In this document: one piece after another, positions 1 to 12,480 of the stretch
Layout: every line of letters starts with the position of its first letter
Position numbering within the stretch: position 1 is the first letter of the stretch
NCBI GenBank assembly: GCA_951406725.2
Contig: OX597814.1
Location: forward strand, 88,598,001 to 88,662,000
Source: Octopus vulgaris
Taxonomy: Eukaryota
DNA: 64,000 bases
Direction of reading: 5' to 3'
Translations under genes and position numbers: made by a program
The notes under the pieces: model-generated
What the model saw: only the letters and a program-made list of their open reading frames with translations
What the model was told of the DNA's origin: nothing
The model's database searches: none

Positions 1-76
1 TAATTCACTGGATGTTACCAAATATAGTATATTTATTCGCCAGCGGCAATTATTTCTAGTCAACATCACCGACTAT

Positions 77-1855
77 AAAGGCAGCGAGCTGACAGAATCA
101 TTAGCATTTTGGACGTTTTTACGTTATGAATTCAAATGTCACCGAGGCATCCTTGAAAGAAAACCAAGAAGGATGAAAATTGTATAGTTAAATATAGGTC
201 TAAGAATTATGGCTCCCGCCTGCAATACAAGAGATCTCATGAGAGAACTAGACACCAAGGTTTTTTCTTTTATAAGCCCGCGAAAACGCCATATCTATAT
301 GAGATATTTTAAGTAACATCTTTCATCCTTTCGGGGTCGATAAAATAAGTATCAGATCAGCACTGGGGTCGATATAATCGACTTACCCCGCCCCCGAAAT
401 TGCTGACCGTATGCCATATTTTGAGACCAATATAACCGAATTTAAAGGCAAGCCAGAAAAATAGTTAGCGCGCAGACCAAAATGCTTAGCGGTATTTCGC
501 CTGTCTTTACGTTCTGAATTCGAATGTCTTTCATCCTTTCGGGGTTGATAAAACAAGTATCAGTTGAACACTGGGTTCGATGTAATCGACTTGACCCATC
601 CCCGAAATTGTTGGCTTTCCTTTTCGTTCTACACACTTCCGCCTTTAGTTCTCACGGGGGTCGACTTCGCGTTTCCGTTTTCCTGTGCCAATCAAAATAT
701 ACATCTGCATTATGTAATATAAACGCCACCCAAATTCACATGAGGCTTTTAGCTCTGGTTGAAAGGCATTTTGCGGCTGTGAGAGAAATATTCAGATTTT
801 TCGCAAGTAATGTTGTTGTGAACACAGACACAGGGACTAAAACTTCGGGAAATGGAGGCTGTCAATTATATCGAGTCCAGTGCTTGATTGACGCTTATTT
901 CATCGACCTCCGAGGGAATGGGAAGTAAAGATGATCTCGGCGAGTTTTGAACACAGAATGTAAAGAATCAGAAGGAAAGCTCACATCGCATTTTCTCTAA
1001 CGACTTCGCCAATTCAAGTCCCACAAAATAGTGGTTCTAGTTTAAATACAAAGCCAGGAATTTTAAAGGGAGAGGAGCAGTCGATTATACTGCCCCTCCC
1101 TACCAGTACTTGACTGATACTTACTTTTATCGCCCATCCTTTAAGGCGAGGCGGCTGAATTGTTAGAACCCCGGGCAAATGCTTAGCAGTATTTCGTCCG
1201 TCTTTACCTTCTGAGTTCAAATTCCACCGGGGTCGACTTTGCCCTTCATCCTTTCGGGGTCTATAAAATAAGTATCAGTTGAGCACTGAGGTTGATGAAA
1301 TTGACTTCCACCCTCCCCCGAACTTGCTGGTTTGAAAACAATATTATCGAATATAAAGGCGGTGAGCTGGCTGAATCGATAGCAGGCCTGGCGAAATGCT
1401 TAGCGGCATTTCATCTGTTTTGACATTCTGAATTTAAATTCCACTGAGGTCGACTTTTCCTTTCATCCTTTTAAGTAAGAAATAAATGCACCCTTTTAAA
1501 GCCTAGCCAGTCTCATGGGCCCGGTTTCCCGGTTTCTATGGCGTATGTGTTCCCCAGCTGGATGGGACGCCGGTCCATCGCAGCGTTACTCATTTTTGCC
1601 AGCTGAGTGAACTGGAGCAACGTGAAATGAAGTGTTTTACTCAAGAACACAACGCGTCGCCTGGTCCAGGAATCGAAACCACAATCTTACGATCGTGATG
1701 CTGACACACTAGCCACTAAGCCACGCGCCTCCACTTTCATCCTTTTGGGTCTATAAAATAGTGAATTTTTTAATTTTTTTATTTTCTTTAGCTTTATATT
1801 CGACTTACCCCCTCCTCGAAATTGCTGGCCTTGTGCCAAAATTTGAAATCAATAT
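77..1855 (+). mobile_element. Cluster of about 6 tRNA-derived SINE copies/fragments (family A, octopus OK-like), plus one minus-strand copy near 830-1010
   Basis: Recurrent GGCGGCGAGCTGGCAGAATCGTTAGC head, GAGTTCAAATTCC B-box and GCCTTTCATCCTTTCGGGGTCGATAAAATAAGTACCAG central domain, near 77, 320, 447, 1143, 1356 and 1735. Confidence 0.85.
1510..1733 (-). mobile_element. tRNA-derived CORE-type SINE (family C, OR2-like)
   Basis: Minus strand reads GGAGGCGCGTGGCTTAGTGG...GGTTTCGATTCC (A/B boxes), then TGTGTTCTTGAGTAAAACACTTCATTTCACGTTGCTCCAG; homologous copies at 9430-10205 and 53200-53420. Confidence 0.8.
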
Positions 1856-1944
1856 TATCGAACATAGCAATGTTATCGAGTAGCGGGTTTGATGTTCGAT
1901 TTTAAATATTCACGGTTTAAATTCGAGGACGGCTATCTGTTACA

Positions 1945-2290
1945 ATCAACATCATGGATTTATGTTTATAAATATCAGTAATGAATGTTTATCGACATCA
2001 CCAATATCTGTTCATCAACATAATTTGTTTAACAGCGTCGGTTTATCTACAATACCTGTTTATCTACATCACTAAAATATGTTTATCAACTTAATTTATG
2101 ATTATCAATGTCAGTTGCATCTGTTTATCAACATAAATTATGTTTATCAACGTCACATTTGTTTATCAACATAATTTATGTTTGTTAATGCCATCTATTC
2201 AATGTTCATTTATATAACTTCCCTAATATCTGTTATTTACCATTACTAACCTATTTATCTACATCGTAATATTTATTTGCATCGTAATAT
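1945..2290 (+). repeat. Degenerate minisatellite, unit about 20 nt with TGTTTATCAACAT core
   Basis: About a dozen recurrences of TGTTTATC(A/T)AC-like words at roughly 20-nt spacing. Confidence 0.7.
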
Positions 2291-2337
2291 ACGTTTTTTT
2301 GCATATGTTTTTCTGCATCGCACATATATATATATAT

Positions 2338-2651
2338 AAGAATTTTTTGCGCAATGAGATAAAAACCAAGGCTGTGTATATATTAGAACATTTATAGATA
2401 GAAGGTCTTACAGCTGTTTCCAGGATATTTATTAATTATATCCCTTCATCGGAGACGGTGTGAGAGGATGGTTAAGTAATAGTTAATTTAGATAGGATAC
2501 AAAATAGAGAGTGAGGTGGAGGAAAGAAAATAGATGTGAGATATGGAGGGATATTGAATTTGTAGATCCATTTTTTTAGGCAGAATGGTATATATGTAAG
2601 ATTCCAATACCTCATGAGAAAAATCCAACAGTATTTAAAATTCTTCATTCC
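2338..2651 (-). mobile_element. Penelope-like pLTR fragment between (TA)n tracts
   Basis: Bounded by (TA)n on both sides and contains the minimal hammerhead at 2405-2456, an arrangement typical of Penelope-like termini. Confidence 0.55.
2405..2456 (-). ncRNA. Minimal type I hammerhead ribozyme (U4C core variant)
   Basis: Minus strand: GTCT-CCGATGA-AGGGATAT-loop-ATATCCTG-GAAA-CAGCTG-TA-AGAC; stem I GTCT/AGAC; palindromic stem III CAGCTG. Confidence 0.65.
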
Positions 2652-2706
<55 letters not shown>

Positions 2707-3370
2707 AATATTTGGATTGATTTAATCGGCTGTTTCCTTCAAATGTGTAGCCTTGTGCCTAAAGAACAAATATATTTATGAATGTCGCAGTACACTTTTA
2801 TCTACATCGTATGTGTACCAACTTACATAATATTATAGAATATTTCTCTGTCTCTGTCTCTGTCCCTCTCTCCCTCTTAAGATATCTACAATATAATTAC
2901 ATATTAATTTATGGTATGAAAATCAGTAATTTCCTTTGTATTTATCTTGGTTTCCTTCCATTTTCCACCAAAATTTTTCTTGATTTTTCCACCAATTATT
3001 ACGTAAACTATTTGTGTTTTATTTATGTAGAGCACTGAACCAGAAGAAACTAGGATGGCATTCAAAACCAAATTCTATAGGGGAGGCGCTACTTGCTCGT
3101 TCTATTTACTAGAAATAGTAACCAAATCTTTCTCACTTCTCTCCATACCATCTTAGAGAAGGATACAATAATGTAGTCTTGAGTTCCCTGCATGCAGGAA
3201 AAGGACGAGATGCTTATGGCTGAGATGTATAATGCTGATTAGTGTTGACCTGAGCTAAAACAGCAATAACAGCATCAACAGCAACGACAACAACAATAAC
3301 GATGACATAAGCAACCAACTATATCACCGTCAAATCATTCCCTACCATCATGGATATGAAAAGAATACTA

Positions 3371-3594
3371 CAGTAATCCCCCGACTATCGCGGGTGTTAC
3401 GTTCCCAAACCCCCCGCGTTAGGTGAAAATGCGTGAAGTAGAAACAATACTGTATATTTTTTTATTATTTTTTTATTTGTATACATTTGTTTTTATTATA
3501 AATGCAAAACACCACGGAGGAATCGGCGTAAGCTCAAATTATAAATTATAGGTGAACCGCAATAAGTGAATCGCGATATAGTGAGGGATTACTG
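3371..3594. mobile_element. Tc1/mariner (pogo/Tigger-like) MITE
   Basis: TA|CAGTAATCCC...GGGATTACTG|TA: TIRs with TA TSD. Confidence 0.85.
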
Positions 3595-4186
3595 TATAGA
3601 CACTGTAACTTTAGATACTACTAAAAGGCAGAGAGGTGAAGGGTGGACGGAATGCCTTTGATCATAGGATACTTGGTCACGACTGCTCTGGGTTTAAACC
3701 ACAACATCAACACGTATTTCTTTTTCGTTCTGCATACTTCTGCCTTCAATTCTCGCGGGGGCCACCTTCACGTTTCAGTTTTCCAGTGTCAATCATAATA
3801 TATATCTACATTATGTAATTCAAATTCACATGAAACTTTTTTACTCTGGTTGAAAGGGATTTTACGGTTGTGAGAGAAATACTCAGGTTTTTCGCAAGTA
3901 ATGTTGTTTTGAATATAGACAAAGGGCTTGGAATTTGGAGTAAAGGAAGTAATCAATTAGATCGACTCCAGTATTTCACTGAAGCTTATTTCATCGCCCT
4001 CCGAATGAATGAGAAGTAAAATTGAACTCGCATTTTCTCTAACGATTTCGCCAATTCACATTCCACAAAAGAGTGGTTCTAGTTTAGACACAAAGCCAGG
4101 AATTTTAAAGGGAGAGGTGCAGTCGATTATACAGCTCCCTGCGCACCAGTACTTGAGTGAAACTTACTGTTATCGCCCATCCATTA

Positions 4187-4760
4187 AGACGGTGAGATGG
4201 CAGAGTCGTTTGCAAGCCGGGCAAAATGTTTAGCGGTATTTCGTCTGCCGTTACGTTCTGAGTTCAAATTCCGCCGAGGTCGACTTTGCCTTTCATCCTT
4301 TCGGGATCGATAAATTAAGTACCAGTTACGCACTGGGGTCGATGTAATCGACTTAATCCGTTTGTCTGTCCTTGTTTGTCCTCTCTGTGTTTAGCCCCTT
4401 GTGGGTAGTAAAGAAATAGGTATTTCGTCTGCCGCTACGTTCTGAATTTAATTTCCGCCGAGGTCGACTTTGCCTTTCATCCTTTCGGGGTCGATAAAAT
4501 AAGTACCAGTTACGCACTGTGGTCGATATAGTCGACTTAATCTGTTTGTCTGTCCTTGTTTGTCCTCTCTGTGTTTAACCCCTTGTGGGTAGTAAAGAAA
4601 TAGGCATTTCGTCCGTCTTTACCTTCTGAGTTCAAATTCCACCTGGAGTCAACTTTCATCCTTTCATCCTTTCGGGGTCTTTAAAATAAGTATCAGTTGA
4701 GTACTGAGGTCGATGAAATTGACTACTACCCTCTCCCGTAGCAAAATTTGAAACCGTTAT
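4187..4760 (+). mobile_element. Tandem family A SINE array
   Basis: SINE body plus TTAATCCGTTTGTCTGTCCTTG...GTAAAGAAATAGG tail repeated head-to-tail; same structure at 54614-54930. Confidence 0.85.
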
Positions 4761-5149
4761 TACTCTAGGTCATTTCTGATCGTGCAGACCTATATATCAA
4801 GTCATTCTGTGACCGTCTGTTTTTTTTTTTGTTTTTTTTTTGTTTTTTTTTCAAATTTCTATTTTGAAAGCTTTTTGTTCCCCGAACTACATTATTCAAT
4901 ATGTCCTTTTCTTAAGACAGTTGGAAGATTTGGCTACTGTTTCTGTTAGGTCAAGCGACCACACAGAGATACTTCGTGAGATAAAGTCTGTACTGATTAA
5001 ATTACATTCTCTATATTTTGTACTTTTCAGGAAAACAGAAAAAAACATCTCAAGCGGTGTATGTTATGACTGACTTTCATTGGGGCGTGTGATAGCTGTG
5101 GGAAGTGCCTGAACGTGTTGGGAAATGTGACTTCGATATATAATAAGGG

Positions 5150-5839
5150 TGGTGTCAATAATTACAAAGCGACCACGTTTTGAGCAACGTTTTCTTTCTT
5201 AATTTCTTTCTCTTTCCATCTCCACCTCCCTTTCTCTTTCCCATCACCTCATTATTATTGTTTGTTGTCGTTGTTGTTGCTGCTACGCGTCCTTTCGAAA
5301 ATTATTCGTACCGAACGAAGCACAACACTTATTTCTCTTTTAAATATTAATCGTGAGCTTGATATATTTACATGTAAACCATTATAATCGACGGGAACAA
5401 CAACGACAAAACAGCAACAACAACAGCAGCAGCAACAACACGGTGTCGGGGGGTTGACCTGCTTTCTCTTTTGCGGGTCTTACGAAACAGCAGAGGACCA
5501 CGTTTCGGACTTCTCCCACTCGCGATCTTGCGAGCTCTGGACGAAGGCCGCTTCGCTCAACAAACAAACGAACAAGCAGCAACAACAATTATCACCGCCC
5601 AACCACCACCGCCGCCACCGCTGCTGCCGCCACAGTAACAACAACAATAATGGCACCTAATAGCTTGACTACCTCGGTCTCGCTTTTCAGTGATGTCGCG
5701 TGTTACCGCGTATGGTCTGATCGCGACAAAAGGTTTTGAATGACCAAACCCAACCTTCAGGCTAATATATGTAGAATAGAGGGAAGTGCAATTTATAGTT
5801 ATAGGAAGAAGTGGTGGAGGAGGAGGAGGAAGACTACAG
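5150..5839 (+). other. Possible promoter and first (5'UTR) exon
   Basis: Locally CpG-rich non-SINE sequence with CAA/CAG/CCG runs, TATA-like TATATAAT near 5137 and CAG|GTAACA donor-like site at 5840; no recognisable protein. Confidence 0.25.
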
Positions 5840-6299
5840 GTAACAAGTATTTTATAGATGTAGAGTACTGACTCTCAAGTTTTCTTGTGAACCAATCCTA
5901 TGAGTGTTCCATTGTTGCTCGAATTCGTCTCAGCCAGTTTGGTTACTATTTGCTACAAAACACGTTTATCGAACGTGATAAACTAGAGTACCTGACAAGC
6001 ATTCTTAGACTTTCAACAATAATAAATAAAAATACCAACAGGAACTGCAAATGGTGGTGGTTGTGAAAAGAAAAGAAAATGAAGCCTTCCAGTTCAATGA
6101 ACTGTCAGGATATTTGTTTGTCTTTTTCAGCTGATTCATTGATATCTTTTAGTGAGTTCGCTCTGTTGCAAGCATTCGAACCAACCTTACAACAGTGGTT
6201 ATTATGAGCTACGACGCATCATTATCCTACAACATTTCTTTAGATGCTCCCAAAATTATAAACTAAATCCAGGAAACAATTCTTCCTTATTTTCACTTA

Positions 6300-6696
6300 C
6301 GTTCTGGGACTCTGATCCAAGCTAGATCTCACACAATAGGTTTTAATAACGCACAAATTACACGTTCGATTACTCTGAGATACAAAACCCTCAACCCTGA
6401 GCTAAAGTTCATCTCTCCTGTCCAGGTTACACTCTGTATGTAAATTTATCTTCGGAAAAGTGATGTCTGCGTATATGTAGATTCCATTCTCTTCTCTCTC
6501 CTTTGTGCCAGTTCTGTGCTATCCTTGGCAGTGCATGTACTTTCCTTCTAACTATCAAAGCAGCCAAAACATGTTACTGAAATCACCTTCTTTAGCATGT
6601 TTCTCTCCACATCCCCAATACAACCAAAATCCACGGCCTGAAGTCCTCTAAGTGATTACTCCCTACATTTCAGGGAAGAAGACAACTTGCAACCCT

Positions 6697-6753
<57 letters not shown>

Positions 6754-7250
6754 CACCCGCCATTACAAACTGGATTGTTTTTAATCATCACCACAACTCG
6801 TGCTATACGAAAAGCGAAGGATGCCTCCGTTCAAATTACAGCTTTAAAGCTTAACCACCACGGATCCTTTTGGTACCTTACTAAAGCTATCTCCATCAGT
6901 TTTGTAGAATCTGTCTTTCGTTCTTTTCTAACCATGATGGTTCTACAAGAAGTACGTCCACGGTGAAATCTTTCACGCTCACTGTCCCCTTAGCATTTAT
7001 ATTCATACTGTACATACTGGTAAATCGCCAAAACAACCTTTCCCATTCTATATGTTTCACCATTGTGCACACATGTTGCAAAGTGTGAAAGTATCTCAAA
7101 CAAACAAAGCCATCAGTTCTTAAAAAACTCTGTCCATTATTCTCAAACAATGCGCTCCAAATACTAATCAAATTCTTCTGTTTCTCTTTAGGAGCATCCT
7201 CTGACATTTGGGAATATACCATTGAGCGTGGCATTCACAAGAAAGATAAA
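6300..7250 (-). pseudogene. Highly decayed R4/Dong-like LINE ORF remnant
   Basis: Broken translations KQKNLISIW, RGLQAV and RDEL*LRVEGFV weakly echo Dong motifs (KNLSMAW, GRGL, GELKxETEGFI); (TAA)n at about 6699-6753 inside. Confidence 0.25.
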
Positions 7251-8445
7251 TCGTTTGACACTGCCAACATCAACTGTCAACAGTTCAAGAGGAACGTTGA
7301 CTGCATAGATTTCATCAGTCATGAGGTAGTGGTGAGTGGTTTACGAAGGATTTTAGCACAGCTCCTCTCTTCAAATCAAACCAATAAACAAAACAAAACT
7401 GCTGGTATATTTTCCGTTTCTTGCGAATGAGACTCAAAATCATCAGTCAATATTTTATGTTGAAAATCTACCTGAGGTGAACTTTGTCGTTTATCCGTGG
7501 TATCGATAAACTAAAGCGTCATTTCATGCAGTCGATGTATTCCACTAGACTCGCAAATATTAGAAATGAGAATTCTTTTTTTTTCCCTACAGAATTTTAA
7601 CTCTACATATATGCTATTCTGAAAAAAAAAAATAACAATTGTGACTCCTGCTATCGACTACGAATCTTTTACGAATTTTTGCTCTCGTATAAATCTCCCT
7701 CTTAACTGGCTGTACAATATCTTAGTCCCAACATACAAAAAATGAAAGAAAAAAAGAAAAATTCCAAGGGAAGCAACCATAACTAAGAGTTATTTCCCTT
7801 GTAAAAACGCGCACGTTATGGATGTTTGTAAACATTGAAAAGATGACAAATAAATGGCCATGCCTGAGAAAATATTAAGATGGTTACCAGCATTTAAACC
7901 TTGTCCAATGCAATGACTAAGAAGGAAGGATTATATGCCGATGACTATTTTGTTATGTATGTTAACGATTCTGCCAGTGTACTGTCTTTATCGTTGTAAT
8001 AATCATTTCTTTTCTAGAACGCCTGAAATTTTGGCGGTGAGATTAATCGATTACAACGACCCCCAACTTATTTTATCAATCACGAAAAGATGAAATACAG
8101 TGTCAACTGCAGTAGCATTCGAACTCAAAACATAAAGCTGGAAGAAATTCCGCTAAACACTTTGTCCACCGTGCTAACGATGCTGCCAGCTTCGACAATA
8201 ACAGAATTAGCTCGTTAAATTTTGACATCAAAGTAACAGTCAAAGGGAAGTAACTATAAATATAAAGGAAATTATGTCCCTTATTTTTATAAGTGAGGTC
8301 GAATAATATAGTTCCCATTTCCCGCAATAGATTTTCTTTATTTAAGAAAACCAATAGTATGATAAATTGTCAGCATAATTTTGGTTTGAAGCATTGAAAA
8401 GTTAAACCATACGCAAATATGCGACACACGCGCGTGTTCGAGTGT

Positions 8446-8482
<37 letters not shown>

Positions 8483-8579
8483 ATGCATGATTGTGCCCGT
8501 GTGTGTATATGTATATATGGCGGTGCCCCAGCATGGCCACAGCTCATTAGCTGAAACTGGAAAAATCAAAATCAAAATC

Positions 8580-8613
<34 letters not shown>

Positions 8614-9046
8614 GGGGGAGAGAGAGAATGAGAAAGAGAGAAACATATCTAAAGTTGCCTCCCTTGGAAAAATATGTCATTAAAAAAATTCTCCCATTTT
8701 TGCGCTGTGTGGTGAGTGGCAAAGCAGTAGCACGCCGAGCAAGATGGTTAGCGACATTTAGTTCGTCTTTTCATTCTAAGTTCAAACTTCACCGAGGTCT
8801 ATTTTGCTTTTCACCCTTTTGGGAGTCGATAAAATAAGCACCCGTTGAGCACTGGGGCTGCTATGATCGACTTATCCCATCCACGAACATGCTGGTCTTG
8901 TGCAATAATTTGAAATTATTATTCTGCTTTATGCATGTAACATTTTTAATAGCATTTGCAACGATATTTTACTACGAAACGGTATTATTGAAATTCTGTA
9001 ATTTACAGCTCATTGTGAAAATTCGGTTAAATGCATATCCCAATTA

Positions 9047-9408
9047 CCGTATTTCCCGGCGTATTAAACATATTTTTTTTTCTGATAAATTCATTCCAAA
9101 AGTCACCTTGCACCTTATACACTGAATGTCAGGCTTTGGGTAGATTTGGTGAGTGTTATTGATGATAGAAAATACTGGTGACGGTGGAAACCAGTGATGA
9201 TATTTGGTAGTGTTCAAATAAATAATGTAAATTAGCCTACCATAATACCTTGCCAAATAGTGCTAGTCTAAATTTTCATGGTTCCTCGACATGAAATTGT
9301 GTAAGACATCCAGCTAGAATATTCGGAGAGAGCTACAGTTTTTTTTCACCCTTTTCGTGGATTAGGCCGGTTAAAATTGAGACTCGTCTTATATGCCCGA
9401 AAATAGGT
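9047..9408. mobile_element. Pogo-like MITE
   Basis: TA|CCGTATTTCCCGGCGTAT left end; degenerate right end TATGCCCGAAAATAGGT. Confidence 0.55.
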
Positions 9409-9492
9409 CAACTTTCCTTCTTGAATCATACCGATTCATAAGGGCCGGTTTCCCCGGTTTCCATGGTGTGTATATTTCTCACCAGGGCGGGA

Positions 9493-10046
9493 CAATAAAT
9501 TTTTTTTCCCACGTGAGTTTCGGACCCCAGTTATGAACTCATTTTCATACAGCCAATCAGAGCTCAACTATCAAACTAATTTATGAGCGCATAACAAGTG
9601 ATGGGCGATAAGATAAGGTCACTTGGGTAAGGAATGACCATGCTTCTTTTCTCTTTTAATAATGCTTCTTGATCTTGTTCGCGTTTCAACCATGGCTGCC
9701 TCTGCGTAGTTATTTGTGTTGTTGTTTATTTTCTAAAACAGTAAGGGGAGAGGGTTGCTAGCACATCACCCTCTACCTACATTTTCCCATCCACATCTTT
9801 ACCATATGAGACCCTAACAAAATCCGATAGGTATAGATGCAAATCTATCTAATTACTTGTCTCTTCCTAAAATCAGGCAAAACTTGGCCATCGGTCAACT
9901 TACAACACCGTTCTTCATCTTAAGTTTACTTGGTAGAGTGTGTTTGTTAACTTGACAACAAGGTGACGGTGAGCTCTGATTGGCTGTATACAAATGAATT
10001 CATTACTGGGGTCCAGAACTCTCGTGGGAAAAAAAATAATTTCGCG
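9493..10046. mobile_element. MITE with about 70-bp TIRs nested in a family C SINE
   Basis: TTTTTCCCACG...GGACCCCAG...CAGCCAATCAGAGCTCA is the reverse complement of TGAGCTCTGATTGGCTG...CTGGGGTCC...CGTGGGAAAAA; the SINE resumes on both sides; GGGCGG(G/A)A duplicated at the junctions. Confidence 0.75.
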
Positions 10047-10526
10047 GGCGGAAACGCCGGTCCATCGCAGGATTACTCATTTTTGCCAGCTGAGTGAACT
10101 GGAGCAACGTGAAATGAAGTGTTTTGCTCAAGAACACGACGCGTTGCCCAGTCCGGGAACTGAAACCACAGTCTTACGATCATGAGTCCAACACTTCTAA
10201 CCACTGATCAGAATCGCCTGGAAGAAACAATTGAAAGTAGTGTACGCGATTGAACGCACAAACATATAATACTGCTATCTATATAAGTCACTTTGGAGGG
10301 ACAAAATGAAAATTTAACCCCTGCAGGTGTTAAAACACAAATTTAAAATTGACTTCGTACATAATCTTTTGCTTGTTTCAGTTACTGGACTGCGGCCATG
10401 CTGAATTACTGTATTGAAGGGTTGTTGTCGAACGAATTGATCCCACTACATATTTTTTAAAGCCTGGTACTTATTCGACGAGTCTCTTTTGCCGAACTGC
10501 GAAATTAAGGGGACATAAACGAACCC

Positions 10527-10736
10527 GGATCTTTGTGGTTTTCGCCACTGTTTACAATTTTGTTCTAATTGCCTTCAAATTTGGTATATGAATTAAGTTT
10601 TGTATACTAATTATGAAAATGAAATTCATTTCCCTATAAATCCACAATTAAAAAGCTATTAGCTTTTAAAATTTACAAAATTTGGGTATTTTAGCTAATC
10701 AGAAGCGAGTATTTTACATATCACTGTAGCGAAAAT
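10527..10736. mobile_element. Non-autonomous DNA-transposon fragment (GGATCTTT terminus); second copy at about 29372-29545
   Basis: TTTTCGCCAC...GTAGCGAAAA inverted ends; internal sequence shared with 29372-29545. Confidence 0.6.
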
Positions 10737-11360
10737 TGTATTGAAGGGTTGTTGTCGAACGAATTGATCTCACTACATATTATTTAAAGCCTGGTACTTA
10801 TTCGACGAGTCTCTTTTGCCGAACTGCGAAATTAAGGGGACATAAAGGATCCCGGATCTTTGTGATTTCATTTTTTGCAAGGAAGTATTTTCCTACAAAA
10901 TGAAACCACCCAAGAACTAAAGTAAAATAGGGAGCTGCTGGAATGTCGGTTAAATATTCTTTGCATCCAGTGGAGTTAAAACCTCCAATTATTTTAATTA
11001 CATTCCTAACTGATCGAAAAAAAAAAAACAAAGCTTGTAATATGCAACAAAGACAGTAAGAAAAAATAAAATAGAACAAAAGTGGTTACATTTAGTAGAG
11101 ATGACCCCGATGTTGTTGCTCTCCGATTACTTTCGCAAACAGCAGTAACTTTCTTCAGCTGAATACATGTCGTTCACTGGTTAAAATTACCCAAATACGA
11201 TAACTTTGACACAAAATAACTTCTAAAATGTGAAATTTTGTCAAAAATGCTGAAAATAAACCGTGTTCAGCGTGATAAATTACGCCACTATACGAAGTTT
11301 CAAACTGTTTAGTTAAATAAAACTGATTAAAAAATCTGTCGTCGAAACTGAAGAAATCCT

Positions 11361-11411
<51 letters not shown>

Positions 11412-11834
11412 TTGCTATTATGCAAAAGTGTCGTAAGACCAAGGCGTTGCTTTTCCACTTTTCCAGAAAACGAAAAAAAACAAACAAACAAAAAAAAAAT
11501 ACAGTTCCACCATTCCATTTCTTTTTACATTAGCAACAGTTTCATCTTAACAATAATATTTTGTTGGGTGCATAAAATCGTAACTCCATGCATGTATGAT
11601 ATTTTCAGTCAGAAATATTTCTGCAAAAATGTCGTATGTGGGACTTATTACACTTTTGAAAAATGCTAAACCGTTGTACTACACTTCGACAATTTTCATC
11701 TGAAGCAACCGGAGATACGATAGTTTGATCAAAAGAACCGGCTATTACAAGCAAAATTGAATATTGAAAACAAAAAAATAATAAATAACCGCACTCGACA
11801 GTTTAGCATAACAGCAACGATATATATGTTTTTT

Positions 11835-12390
11835 CTTTTATCCTTTTACTTGTTTCAGTCATTTTGACTGCGGTCATGCTCCGGCAATGCTTTTAATCGA
11901 ACAAATCGACCTCAGGACATTCATTTTGAGCCTAGTACTTATTCTATTGATTTCTTTTGCCGAACCGCTAAGTTACGGGAACGTAAACACACCAACATCG
12001 GTTGTCAAGCGATGGCGGAGGGACAAACACAGACACACACACACACACGCACACACACACACCACACACACACACACATACCACACACACACACATACAC
12101 ACGCATATATACGATGGGCTTCTTTCAGTTTCCGTCCACCAAATTCGCTCACAAGGTTTTGGTCGACCCAAGATGCTGCGCAGTGGGACCGAACCAGGAA
12201 CCATGTGGTTGGGAAGAAAGAGAGATCCACGACGAGCTTCTTTCGGTTTCCATCTAGCAAATCCATTCTCAAGGCTTTGATCGCCCCGGAGCTATATCAG
12301 AAGAGACTTGCCCAAGGTCCCACGCAGCAAGTTTAAACCCGAAACCATATGGTTGGGAAGCCAACTTCTTCCTCCTTTGCCACGCCTGCG
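11835..12390 (-). mobile_element. tRNA-derived SINE family B (OR1-like) with internal (CA)n, composite
   Basis: Reverse complement of GGCGCAGG..GTGG...GGTTC...GCACCTTGGGCAAGTGTCTTC...GAAACAAGTAAAAG. Confidence 0.8.
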
Positions 12391-12480
12391 AATAAGAAAT
12401 GATATTTAAATACTTTACTGGTAGCTTTTTACAGGTAGCTTGTTTGAAACAAGAGAAGCCCTTGACCATCATAAGACATC

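Noticed and set aside
524-928. 134-aa ORF
   Set aside because: Spans SINE fragments and a duplicated non-coding block; no recognisable domain
4187-4290. tRNA-like A/B boxes in SINE heads (many copies)
   Set aside because: No complete cloverleaf; they continue into SINE bodies
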